Under the pieces are notes generated by a model that searched no databases, was not told where the DNA came from, and saw nothing but the letters and a program-made list of their open reading frames with translations. This document shows positions 23,969-36,503 of a stretch of DNA of 64,000 nucleotides, one piece after another. Source of the stretch: Laetmonice hystrix (taxonomy: Eukaryota). The position numbers and the translations under genes are program-made. Within the stretch, counting starts at the first letter, position 1. Each line of letters opens with the position of its first letter. The stretch covers positions 32,676,001-32,740,000 of the forward strand of contig OZ249440.1 of NCBI GenBank assembly GCA_965235115.1. The letters are read 5' to 3'.

Positions 23969-26900
23969 ATGGCGCAGCAGGAGGAACTTAAGAAGCTCAG
24001 AAGAGCACTTGCAGCCAGCAAGTCGTGGGTCACTCGGTGCAACAAAACGCTAGCAGCACTGGTGAGTGACATTGAAATTGACGGAGAGGCTCTCGATAGG
24101 GCTACGAAGGAACTAGAAAAAAGACTAGATGCATTTGATCGAGCTCAGGGCGAGCTAGAGTTAGGTGTTCCAGATGCGGAAATGGAACTGTGCATCGCGG
24201 ACGCCTCAGACTTTAGAAATGGTCCGCTTGGTACTCTGCTTAAAGCAAGCGCGCTAGCCACCCACGGTGATCAGGAAGCAGATTCTGACAATGGCAGCAC
24301 GGCACACAGTTCTGTAGGAGAACAAAATCTCAATGTGAAGCTACCCCAGTTAGACTTGCCAAAGTTTGACGGTACTCTAATACACTGGCAACCATTTTGG
24401 GACAAGTTTCGAGCCCTCATTGGTGTAACTGAACTTCAGCCGGTTACCAAGTTCAGCTACCTGACTTCAGTGCTTGAAGGTGAGGCAAAACAGGTCATTC
24501 AAGGTCTGTCAGTGACTGACAAAAATTATGATGTCGCGTGTAAACTCTTGGAGGAGCGGTTTGGTCGTCCTGAACGCATTATCTTTGCCCATATACAAGC
24601 CCTGCTATCCCTTCAGTCTACAACTACAACACAAAGGGGTGCGTCACGAGTGGCTTCGCTGTGGCAACTTCAGGATACCCTGCTATCACACGTGCGTAGC
24701 CTTGAAGCTCTTGGCATCAAGGGGGAAAAGTATGGACTGTTTCTTACACCGGTGATCCTGTCCAAATTGCCAAATGATATCCGCTTAGAATGGGCTCGCG
24801 AGGGAGAGAGCAAGGAAGCCGATCTGCAATTCTTACTAGACTTTCTGCGTAAGGAAATACAACGTCGAGAAAGGTCAGAGTTGTTCAGGGAAAACACTAC
24901 GCAGGGTAATCAGCTGCCAGAGCAAAGAACATTCCCGAAAAGGAACGGCAAGACGCCTGCCTCAGTTTCGGCACTGCATGTGTCTTCAGCGCCAAGTCAT
25001 CTCACATGTGTCTTCTGTGAAAAGACTCATCCATCCCACAAGTGCAGGAAAGTGGCCAGAAGAGAGGACCGTCACCGTCGGATCCAGACGCTGGGCCTCT
25101 GCTTCCGGTGTTTGGAGCCGTCACATCGTGCCCAGTCATGCAGCAAGATTTGCAATATGTGTGAGGGGAACCATCACGCTGTACTTTGCAACAAGAACTG
25201 CTCCCCCCCGTCTTCCTCTTTAACTACAACAAATACCGGCAACATTGAGGCTGGTACCAGTGACAACAAGGAGGCTACCTCGGGTCACAGTTCGCAGCCA
25301 AGCTCTACAGCGGTGAACCTACTGTCTACGAAGACATCCACTGGCCATCCAAGTGTCAGTCAGACTCATACGGCCCTCCCCATTGTTGAAGTGTTAGTAC
25401 AAGGGAAAGGGCAACCAGCGGTGAAAGCACAAATGCTGTTTGATACAGGTTCTGATAAGACATATGTGTCCAGTAGCTTGGTACAGAGAGTACACCCTCA
25501 GCATGTTGGTACTGACTGTTGTAAGTACGGTGTCTTTGGTGGGGGGAAATCACCCCAGAGTGATGTAAAAGGTGTATACTCATTGAGGGTAAAGGGAGCA
25601 AGAAAAGGTCATGGTAACTTGGTCGCTGTAGAAGTACCTACCATATGTGCACCCATGTATCGCCCTTCAATACCTTTGTCAAAGTTAGCATTCTGTAACA
25701 AGGTAGACTTGGTGGACACTGGTATTACAGATGGAGAACCTGTCACGATAGACATTCTTGTTGGGTTGGATCAGTACTGGAAATTTGTAAGGGGTGGTGT
25801 GCTTGCAGGGGTTGATGGGCTAGTTGCCCAGGAAACCATGTTTGGTTGGATGATATCTGGGTCATGGGATTCCACTTCTTTCGGTACAAAGCGTTCAGTA
25901 ACTCAGTTACTCTGTTTGCATGACATCCCAGAACATACCCTGAGGAATTTCTGGGACCTGGAATCAGTTGGTATATCACCCAATGAGTTTGTAAATACAG
26001 GGATGGATCCAATCCTGACTCAGTTCAACAAAGGTGTAAAGTGGGTTGATGGAAGGTACGAAGTGTCTCTTCCCTGGAATGGTAAAAGGGGTGACCTGCT
26101 CAACAATGAGGTCATGGCTCGCAAGCGACTGAGTAGTTTAACCAGGAGATTGGAGGCAAATCCGGTCCTCAGGCAGGGTTATGATGCTGTTCTAGAAGAG
26201 TATGAGTCATTAGGCTACATAGAGGAGGTTGCAGATAGCAGGTCAACTCAATCCTCACCAACTTACTACATGCCTCACCATCCTGTGATCACGGAGTCAA
26301 GTGTCAGTACAAAGGTGAGACCTGTATTTGACGCGTCAGCCGCAGGATTTAATGGGGTTTCCCTAAATGATTGTGTTGAGGCAGGTCCTTCATTAATCCC
26401 ATCCTTGGTTGAAGTGCTGTTAAGGTTCCGCAGATGGACAGTGGCCCTTTCTGCGGACATCAGACAGGCATTTCTGCAAATAAGCGTGTGCGAGCAAGAC
26501 AGGGAGGTACATCGGTTCTTATGGGAGCACCAGGGCAATGTAAGGAACATGAGGTTCACTAGGGTCCCCTTTGGTAACAAGGCAAGTCCCTTTCTACTCA
26601 ATGCAACGATCCAACATCATCTCGCTAGCTATGCTCAGACCCCTGTTATTCAAGAGCTGTCCAAGAATCTGTATGTAGATGACTGGTTGACGGGCGCGGA
26701 TAGTGAGAGTGAGGCGGCTGCCATGTTTGATGAAGGGAGAGAGGTAATGAACGGAGCCGGGATGGAGTTGACTAAGTGGAACTCGAACAGTGAAACTCTA
26801 CAGGGCAAGTTCTGTCTCGATCTGGGGGACAAGCAGGTTGGCACTGCCTCTCTCAAGGTCTTGGGTGTAGGGTGGGACGCCCATGAGGATTGCTTTTGTT

Positions 26901-29086
26901 TCTCGGACTCTGAAAGTTTGATCCCCAACCCGGAGGGGATGGTCTGTACCAAGAGAGCCATACTGAGTCTCATCGCCCGTATCTTCGACCCCCTGGGGTT
27001 TCTCATTCCTCTCATCATGACAGCCAAGTTCATCTTCCAGGAGCTATGGTGCTTGGGGGTGGATTGGGACGAGGAGGTTCCTGTAACTATTCAGACAAGG
27101 TTTGTCGGGTGGGCAATGGGACTAAAGTCTGCCTCTCAACTCAAGATCCCAAGGTGTTTCACAAACCACGATAAATGGAAGGAAGTTAGTGGGAAACTCG
27201 AAATACACGCTTTCGGGGACGCTTCACAGAAGGGGTACGGTGCAGTAGTGTACTGTCGGTTGCCGGTTGGGGATGGCAACACTTACCAAGTTTCCCTAGT
27301 CATGGCTAAATGTGCTCGCCTTGCCACATTTGTGATGAAGGCCCTAGAACTGTCACCGTCACATGTGTCTGTTACATGTTGGACCGATTCTACAATTGCC
27401 CTTGGTTGGATTCAAGGGGATTCTTCGAGATGGAAGCCCTTCGTGGCTAACAGAGTACGAGAGATCCAGGATCTCACAAGTCCATCTGATTGGAGGCATT
27501 GCCCAGGCGTGGACAACCCGGCAGATATAATATCTAGGGGCTCTTCAGGTAGTGAGCTTGCCACTTCAACTCTTTGGTGGAATGGCCCTCAGTGGTTGAG
27601 GTCCAACATCACTTATGGTGACCTTGGCGGCAGGGTTAACGACACCCACGAACAGGAAGCTCAGGACAAAGATGACCTTACAGCCCTTAACGTTGAGTCT
27701 CATGAGGAGGCTATCACACTCAGTCAGTACGGTACGCTGGGACGGGCCCTACGTATCACGGGGCGGGTTCTCAGATTCATTCACAATGCAAGGGGGAAGG
27801 AGTCTAGCCGGACTGGCGCCCTATCGCTGGAGGAACTGTCAGAAGCTAAAGTGAAATTGTTCTCACTGGCTCAGGAGGCAGCATATGCCGAAGAGCTGCA
27901 TTGCCTTAAGAAAGGCCTCCCCTTGAAGAGAGACTCTTCTCTCCTACAGTTGAAACCCTTCATTGGACCAAACGGGTTGCTAAGGGTAGGTGGTCGACTC
28001 CAGTAATCACCGCTAGAATATGAGGAGAAACACCCTGTCATACTCCCTAAGGGTCATTTGACATTACTGTTGGTTCGCGACCAGCACCGAATGCTGAAGC
28101 ATGCTGGAGTAGACACAATGATTTGCTCTTTACGAGCAACATACTGGATAGTGAGTCTCAGGCTGCTAGCGAAGCGGGTTAAGCGAGAATGTGTCGCCTG
28201 CCGCAGGCAAGATACCAAAGCCTGCACACAGCCGTGTGGACCACTCCCATCGGAGAGAGTCACCGAAGCCCCCCCGTTTTCGGTGACGGGCCTAGACTTT
28301 GCAGGGCCGTTGTTTGTTCATGATTTGCCAGGGCGGAAACTTTACTTCCTCCTGTTCACGTGTGCAGTGGTCCGAGCTGTCCACATAGAACTCGTTGACT
28401 CAATGTCACTTGAAGATTGTGTACTTGCCATTCGCCGGTTTTGTGCACGCAGAGGAACAGTAGACACTTTCTATTCAGACAATGCCAAAACGTTTGTTGC
28501 TGCATCCAAGGTTGTTCAGACCCAGTTTGGCCTCCAAGCCCCAAAGTGGAAATTCATTGTGCCTCGCTCGCCTTGGTGGGGAGGCTGGTGGGAAAGGTTA
28601 GTTCGTTCAGTGAAGGGTGCCCTGAAGAAGTCTTTGGGTACTCGTTGTCTTTCTCGGATAGAACTCGAAACATGTTTACAGGAGGTTGAAGCCTGCATCA
28701 ACTCCAGGCCTCTCACATTTGTTGGGGACGAAAGGGACAGCCCTACCCCCCTCACACCCTCTCATTTCCTGATCGGAAGAGGTGCTGGGGTCCTGCTAGA
28801 GATTGATAATGAGGCGCTCAAATCTGTATCCCCCTCCTTGTTCAGAGAAAGGTACACACTAGTACAACAGCGGTTGGAGTTGTTTTGGAGTAGATGGCGA
28901 AATGAATACCTCCGCAACCTCCCCACTTCTGTTAGAGGTACAAAGGGACGGTGTGACCTGAAGGTCGGTTCTGTGGTGCTAGTACAAGATGATCAAAGAC
29001 CACGTATGAAGTGGCCTCTTGGTGTTGTATGTGAAATGTATCCTGGATCCGATGGTATCGTTCGAAGTGTGCGGTTTCATGTATAA
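23969..29086 (+). pseudogene. gag-pol: BEL/Pao gag-pol polyprotein with one in-frame stop (28004-28006)
   Basis: DUF1759-like gag (LPKFDG..WQPFWD), CCHC knuckles, protease LFDTGS, RT ADIRQAFLQ / YVDD, RNase H AFGDAS / WTDS, and integrase H..H..CxxC, DFAGP, SDNA, WERLV. ORF 28058 is in the same frame as ORF 23969. Confidence 0.95.
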
Positions 29087-29310
29087 CGAATAAAGGAGGT
29101 TAGAAGAGTTTACCCTGAGTATGTAAACAAAGGAAACCTGATAGAGCTGTGTTTAAATTTTAATATGTAGACGGTCCGAGTGACCTACATCACAGACGGT
29201 TAACAGGACAGATAAATATAGACTTCCTAATAGCATTGTCACATTACTTATCATAAACCAGTATTATTGGTATGCATGTTGGTGTTATCACAACCCCAAG
29301 GTGGGGAGTA

Positions 29311-29493
29311 TGTAGCAGACTGCGGGACACCCGCGACCAGTGCTGCCACCTGTTGGTGGAGGAAAGGTGGAACTCTTTTGAAATAAAGGAAAAAAGGGAG
29401 GTGGAGAAATATGGCGGTTAAACAGACGGTGTTTGTGGTTTCTTGAGTTCAAGTCGACCTGTGTGTGAGGATCGGTGGAAATTCTCGGGAACA
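29311..29493 (+). repeat. 3' LTR (183 bp)
   Basis: Follows the PPT and contains AATAAA. Confidence 0.97.
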
Positions 29494-30169
29494 CATACCT
29501 TTAATCTGAGGTCACAGTGAGCTCACTGTGAAGTTAGATTCTTCACTGGGTACGCCCCTGAGTCTTGTGATCTAACGAGGACTGCCTGTCAATAGCAATA
29601 ACCATGTTCATTAACTTGGGAATTCCTTCAATCCCCAGTGTCGTATGGAGAGCTCAAATATGGCCACGGCCGCTGCGAAACGAGAAAGGGGGGAAAACTG
29701 GACAGATGCTCAACAAATAGTGTTACTAACAGAGGTCTATGAGAGGAGGGAGGCGTTATATATGGAGATATGTCGGGCTGCAGCAGAGGGGCTGACAGAG
29801 TGAAAGTAGCCTGGCAGGAGATTGTGGCTGCCTTGGCTGCCAGGTAAGTGAAATTATCCAATCATATATCACGTAAAAGCAAGAAAAGTTTCAATGAGGC
29901 TCACAGTCTATGAACAACATTCAATCATATTTTCTATTTAATATAGTGAGGGGAAATACCTTGACTTTATGTGAAATAACTTGACATTAAGTGAAACGCA
30001 GCAGTTATTAAGTGTTGATAAATAAAAATTTCACTATGCATATGTTGGAAAACTTCTCATAGTCCATTTATTTGCCTTTTTCTTTCGGTTGCCTTTGAAC
30101 AACTTCCATTTCCACGAGTGTTCTTACAACTTACAAGGGTTCATTACCAGTAGAAACCTTAAACTTTAA

Positions 30170-31755
30170 ACAGGAACCGTCATTGATGTGGTAAAATGTG
30201 GAATAGTGGCATACACACGTCTTATTTAATGCACATAATACATTCCAGGCTGCTCACGGGGGAAAAAAAATTTCCACAAGCACTTTATAGCCTTTTTTTG
30301 CAAAATGGACACAAAAAGGTTCAAATTGCGCGCAAATTATGTTAATGAGGTTTTGACGTCAAATCGAGAACACTTGCCGAGAGGAAAATGGCGGCCACAG
30401 TGGTAAACACGAGTGAGGACAGTGCACTCCTCCTCCTCCTCGTTTAGCCCTAGGTCCTTGTCTAACTTTGAAGATTTTGTGCTACCGTACCAGAGTAGCA
30501 GGATAAGACTGAAGTCAGTAAAGATTATCACCAACAACAGGCAGAACCACTGCAGTTTGGGCCGTACATCACGGTTCGAACCTGATCGAGGCCGGTGGAT
30601 GGGGCAGTGTCACTGGCTGACGGGGGAGGGGGGGGCATGGCCGGACTAGTCTGCATGCAGTTGCTGACGGGGCCTGTCCACCAAGTCCACCAAATAGCGG
30701 AAATTACACAAATTCTGATTGCTCTTTCGATCAGATAACAAGTTTAAGAATTGTCACCAGTCGGCATGAAATCATCGCCGATGACGATGCGTTTCCATGC
30801 TTTGTTTACAAACACCGACCGATCCGTGGCCACACACACACTGAGTCTGAGTGAAACGGGAATGGCAGGGTGGAAACAGACCACTAACTAATGCCAAACT
30901 TGGGCGAAATTGATGTAAATCGAGATTTAATTGACATCCATGGCCCATAGTCATAGAGTAGGCTCCTATATAGACGAGATCTAGGCTTTTCGTGACAACT
31001 AGATCTAGGCCTAGGCCTAGTATAGCCTAGGTAAACGGTGGCGGATCCTGACTGTCACTCAGTCTCAGGTAGCTTGAGCGGCAGTCATTGCTTTGTTTGC
31101 GGCTGTTCGCGGCTTCCGACCGTCACCTTCGCAGCTACACTGCCGTTACAGTCAGGCATGAGCTACAGTCAGGCTGCCATGGTGAGTTTGTCTTGACTTT
31201 GGGTCCGCCCCTCCTACAAACCTATAAAGATTAGGCTAAACCCAACTTGTATTTTGCCCAGTTGTCGGAACAATCGGCAGCACAACGTACAACAGGCTTG
31301 TGCCAAGTTGTGGGCGGTGGCTCCCAGACCCAGTGGCAGAGCGCTCTCTGCTGGCCTTGACAAATATTTTTCGGATGCTGCTGAGTGCTGATTACTCCAA
31401 GGAAACTTAAATAATTTGTTGTCCTGGTGGTCACAGAACATAGCTACACACCGTCGGGACATTTTTCTAACTTAAAATGTATTTTATAAAATGAATATCA
31501 CTCTAGATCACAGGCTACGTAACGCCTCGAGCAGTGGCACACACAGGGGAATCCCAAAACGTCACAAAGACCGTTCTCGATTTGACGTCATTATCTGGTG
31601 CGGGTTTTGATGGCATTTCGTTTCTAGGGCCGTTGCTATGGGCCGTTCTAATTAACGGGTGGACATAATAAAACGCAATTAACGAATTTTATTCCTCTAT
31701 CGTATTACATTCAGTATCATGAGATGCCTTCTAAATGACAGTTGACGGTACATCT
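30170..31755 (-). mobile_element. Kolobok-like non-autonomous element with a THAP-domain remnant
   Basis: TTAA on both sides and imperfect TIRs acaggaaccgtca / tgacggtacatct. Minus-strand MSRRCVAMFC..LFKFP starts at 31462. Confidence 0.6.
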
Positions 31756-31949
31756 TTAAAGTTGTGACATACAGTATACCAGCAGGCCAATCCCAGTTAC
31801 CCTAAGTAAACAGCAACTATATGAATGAAGCTAACATATATGTCATCCCAAATACAGATGTTTACCTACAAAGAAATGATAGAATTGCATATTTGCAGGG
31901 GTTGCGACCGTGACCAGCAACAGCTGGCCAAGAAGCGGAGCAACATTAA

Positions 31950-32291
31950 AGGGAGTCGTAAAATTCATTTTTTTCGATTTATGGCAGTCTTAGAAACATA
32001 TGATTCGCATACCGTGGACTCCCAGTAACATCATGTGAGACTGTTATGGCCCAGCGACCAGTATTTAGTAAGGAAAATATGCCAAATCTCTCGCAAATAC
32101 GTAGCTCAGAATTAGCGAGCGGCCCACAGGATATTTGAGTTGGCCGCGGTCGGGCGATGATGACGCGTGATCACGTGACTTCCGGGTGTGGAAGGGAATC
32201 TCCCTCTAGTCTAGTGTTGACCTAAATACCGCATGTACACCCGGAAGTCACGTGATCACGCGTCATCATCGCCCGAATTTTACGACTCCCT
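31950..32291. mobile_element. TTAA-inserted MITE (Kolobok-like)
   Basis: Perfect 17-bp TIRs agggagtcgtaaaattc and a TTAA TSD. Excising it restores the Myb exon frame. Confidence 0.9.
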
Positions 32292-34292
32292 TTAAGCAGA
32301 ATGGTATGTTCATTTTCATTTGCAACATACATAAAATTTTCCATTCATGATTTCACACTACTATGATACACAAGTCCCACACAGCATTTTGTAGCACTAA
32401 CTACCAGAGATAGGGAGTAGCAGTAGAACAGTAAATTTAAATACGTATCTGTAATTTAAATCTTTTGTCCAAAATGACATTGTTTGCCTCACCTTGTACA
32501 ACCTATTTAAAAAAAAGTAATTTTCATGTAAATAACTTGCAAATGTACTTTATTAACATTTCCTTACATTTCTTATGCAACCTAGCCAACCTAGACCAGC
32601 AGCAAACAAACTGCCCATTTTAGGGCCCCAACTCCTCAGAAAAGGGTTCGGTAATTGCTATATCCCCATTAAAAATAATGTAGCCCCTTAATTACTCCCC
32701 AGGACGTGCTCTTAGGCCACGTGGCCGGCAGCCTTAGTGTTTCATTTTACCACCACGCGCCACTAGGTGCTACGGTGGTGACGCCTGGTGGCAAAATGGA
32801 AGACTAATATTTCACCTCTGCGTTCCACGGTTGCCTTGGCCTAAGTTGCAAGTTTATAACAAAGTATTTTAGAAATACGCATTCAATTAAGAAACTAATG
32901 CCTTAATCGAATATATCTGGGCCTAGTAGTGTCTTTTTGAATGCGTATTTCCAAGTGGCAGTTACTGCTGTAGTGACTCAAGCCAAGACCCTCCATTAGG
33001 CCAGTCATCCATTTTCGGCATTTTCAGAGGCAGGTTTGGGGGTAAAAAAGTGCGTACTATACACGATCATTTACGGTAATAGTGTAAAATGATAGAGAAC
33101 AACTCACTTCCTATTCCTGTGTAAAATATGCAAATCACTGATTTGACCTTTCAAGGTAACTCTAGCATAAAGGTGATGACACCAAATCATGATAAAAGAC
33201 ATAAATCCTGCCTATGCATGGGTTTCACGCTATAGGCCTCAATATACTGGTACAGGTTACCAGGGCAAACGTACAACCCCACGTACATACACCCATATTT
33301 GTATATACGGATGGGCAGACATGGGTCAATGTATAAGCATTGGGGTTGGGGGCTAATAATTTTCATACCTTTGACTTCATCATGGTTATCATAATACATG
33401 TATTTCAGATGCTGGGCACCAGGAAGCTGTGGTCCAGGACCTACAAGGAACAGAGGAAGGTTAGTCATTTTACCCATTTTATGTTGTCCAAAGGGTGCAA
33501 CACAGAACAAGTGGGTTTTCCCTGGGAAAATGCAAGGCACTAAACCACAGTATATATAACTGTTGTTTCCTATTATAAAATAATGGGTCTATCAAAGAAT
33601 TAAAGTTTACCCAAGATATACTGAGGTTCTGGTGGGGACGGGGTATGTATAATGAATTAGATCGTTTTTATATTTTTGCAGGTGCTAAATATGAGATTTA
33701 CTAGTAGACAAGTCAAGTCAAACAAGTATGGTGTAGTCCATTTTCTTCCAAGATAATGATTGAAACTGAATAACCCTTTTCTTTCCAATTAGGCAATCTT
33801 GGAACAGTTACCGGTAGTGAACCAACCAAGACTGGCAAGGAACACAGAGGTAAACTTTCATTTACTATCATCCCAGCACAACTTTAAAGTCAGCTTCAGA
33901 CATATCTTCTTGAAAACATTTACTTGCAGATAACCTTCAATTATTACTTATTATTTACGATAAAGTCATGTCATCCCAGAAGAATACCTCTACACGTGAA
34001 ATAACATGTGATTCGAATTTTTCAGCGAAGAAGAAGAAACCAAGAATGGACATCCTCTACGAAGACACAATGGCACTGGACCTCCAATATTAGAAACTGA
34101 AAATGGAGCTTGTAAAGACACAGTTGGTTATTGCAAAAATAAAAGTGTCACTACTAGAGAGTGAGACATAGATCCCCCCCCCCCCCCCATTGCATCCGTC
34201 CGTCTTAAGCAAATCGGTTAGCTGCTATGAAGTATAGCAGTGTTCTATTTGTGGTCATTAAATTATCCCATTGGTCAAAGCAAGTCTATACC

Positions 34293-34790
34293 TTATTGGA
34301 AGTGCTGCCTTGCAAACCAGTCACGGTATGCAAGGCCATCCTCCACTCCCTGAAACATCTGTTGAGGAGGCTGGTCCATATCATCCTCCTCCCAGTCAAG
34401 GATGTCTCCTCTGTGAATGCCTGAAAAAAGCAGCACTGGATCACTTGCCATGCAAATGAGCATTAAAGTGTCACTTGCCTGGTCTGGTCATAAAATCAAA
34501 TTCAAGGAGAATCTGAATTCATCATGGCGAAATTCTTTGAATTTCTACTGGATTAAATTTATTACAATTACAATTAATCACCCGATCGCTACAAAATATT
34601 TGTAAAGGTTTCCATGTGTTACAGAATGTATATATGAAAGACTTTATTAGTTGCAGAAATATTTGGAAATTTCAGCAGAATTACCTTACTTTTGATACAG
34701 ATATCATAAATTCCCCAGGACTACATTATCCTGGATGTGCAATTGGTATGTAAAGAATGACAATGACTATTCGTACCAATGTTGTGAAGA
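34293..34790 (-). pseudogene. C-terminal two exons of a Harbinger DDE transposase
   Basis: Spliced peptide LHNI|GIHRGDILDWEEDD..GLAYRDWFARQHFQ*. It is convergent with the Myb gene and cut upstream by a cagggttgcca element at 34791. Confidence 0.65.
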
Positions 34791-35909
34791 CAGGGTTGCC
34801 AACATGTGGGTCGGTTTTTCCCTAGATGTACAATTGGGCTAAATGCTGTATCTGGACATGGAAAAAAATGAAATCGTTCAAAACCCCTTAATTCTTGTTC
34901 GGTGGTATTAAGGAGCATTTCAGCTTTCTGAAAATAACAATTATACTCAATAATTCAAGACATGTCAGTTTTTATTAAGCTTGAAATGAAGGTACGCCGT
35001 TTAGCGGGACGTTCGCTATGGGACTTACCTCCTACTACATATTGCTTTATTATATCACTAATATTTATAGAAACCACATGATCTTAATAAAATAGACTCA
35101 TGGGATCTATTCAAATCCACATACCAAATATGAAGAGGATGTGAAAATTATGTCTATGTCACTGATGTTTCATAACATTTTTACAAGCAAGACTGGTTAC
35201 GAAAATGGAATTGCATATTTGCAATTGATCTCCTTTAAATTTAAATCGTCATATATGATTACTTTACCTTTTCTCAAGATGTTTATTACATATATCCAAG
35301 AATACAGATTGATGTCACTCTGATATCCTAATCTGTGGTTGAAAAGAGGACTCATAAATACCGAACGTCCCCCAAATATCCTGAACGTCCCCCATAGTAT
35401 GACATAGGCATACATTTGTGCGAAAATCATAAAAGCCATGCAGGCTTTAAATGTATGCCAATTATAAGAGCTTTCACTTGGGCATCTACATACAAAATAT
35501 TTCAGGAATAGGCCTATATGCAAGCTTAGTATTCTTTTGTTTTAATTATAACATTGAGGGGACGTTCGGTATCAACTACAAAGGATTAGCTATTTTAAAG
35601 AATGTCTTACATTTTTCATATTAAATCTGTATGTTCAATCTACGAATTCCTACAGTTAATAACTCTGAAAAATGTTGATATTGCTATGAAAAGATTCGTT
35701 CTCGATATAACCTTATGGCGGGGGACGTTCGGTATATGTACCGAACGGCCTTAGGCAACCTGTTTTCATGTTTTTTTTCTTATATACAAACACATACATA
35801 TAAACAACCTTTCTCCTTTCATAGGCATTTTGTATTAGATATATAATTTAATGCCAATGTAAGGGAGAGGGGCTTCTAGAGTCTGCCATAATCAGCAATA
35901 CGTAATTAA

Positions 35910-36095
35910 AGTCATAGTATAGCGTGGAATGTAGGAAAATTTTAACAATTTTCTAATATTACTTCCTGCATGTTACCAAAGACGTGTACAAATATTTGCC
36001 ATGTCCAATAGGGACAATACCTGCGTGCTACTTGCAGTATAACCGAAAATCGCGATCAATCGAAAGAAAAACATGCAATGATTCCAGCACCACCA
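35910..36095 (-). mobile_element. Terminal fragment of the TTAA element family also present at 40728-41968
   Basis: Reverse-complement match to about 41785-41972. Confidence 0.85.
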
Positions 36096-36503
36096 TGTTG
36101 GCATCCCGGGCAATGAGCAAGCTGACAAAACTGCCAAGAGGGCTCTTGAAACAGACGTCGAACTGTGTCCAATCCCTGCCTCTGATCTCAGACCTACCAT
36201 CTGGGCTTACGTTAGGAACAAATGGCAGGCTGAATGGGATGAACAACCAAACAATAAATTGTATCAGATCAGTCCCGTCGTGAACCAAAGGTACCGTCAC
36301 GGCCTAACCCAACGTAGGCATGAAATTGTTTTTACTCGATGCAGGATTGGTCATTCTAGATTAACTCATGTGTTTTTATTGAAGGGGGAGCCACCTCCAG
36401 AATGTTATGGCTGTCAGTGTCCTTTGACACTGAAGCATATTTTACTTGAGTGTCGTGATTTTACTCTGATCAGACAACGGTTTTATAATAAGACGTGTCT
36501 TAA

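Larger units (their letters stand above)
23739..29493 (+). mobile_element. BEL/Pao LTR retrotransposon, near full length
   Basis: Two TG..CA LTRs, 5-bp TSD catac (23734-38 and 29494-98), PBS, PPT ggtggggagta and a gag-pol ORF. Confidence 0.97.
17877..29550. mobile_element. CACTA/EnSpm-like (CCC-terminated) non-autonomous element hosting nested insertions
   Basis: ta|cccagtgaaga ... tcttcactggg|ta (2-bp TA flanks). Both ends are rich in ctcac/gtgag subterminal motifs (17890-18250, 23125-23730, 29500-29540). Confidence 0.75.
29660..34171 (+). pseudogene. Spliced Myb/SANT-like (Harbinger accessory) gene, disrupted
   Basis: Exon 1 (29660-29843) reads MATAAAKRERGENWTDAQQIVLL..AWQEIV with a frameshift. 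Exon 2 from 31899 reads DRDQQQLAKKRSNIK and is split by a MITE. Small exons lie at ~33410 and ~33793. The last exon (~34026) is coiled-coil-like with an internal stop. Confidence 0.7.

Noticed and set aside
28004..28006. Programmed readthrough between RNase H and integrase
   Set aside because: BEL/Pao elements normally have one continuous ORF, and a TAA within the conserved GGRL..KHP stretch is better explained as a nonsense mutation.
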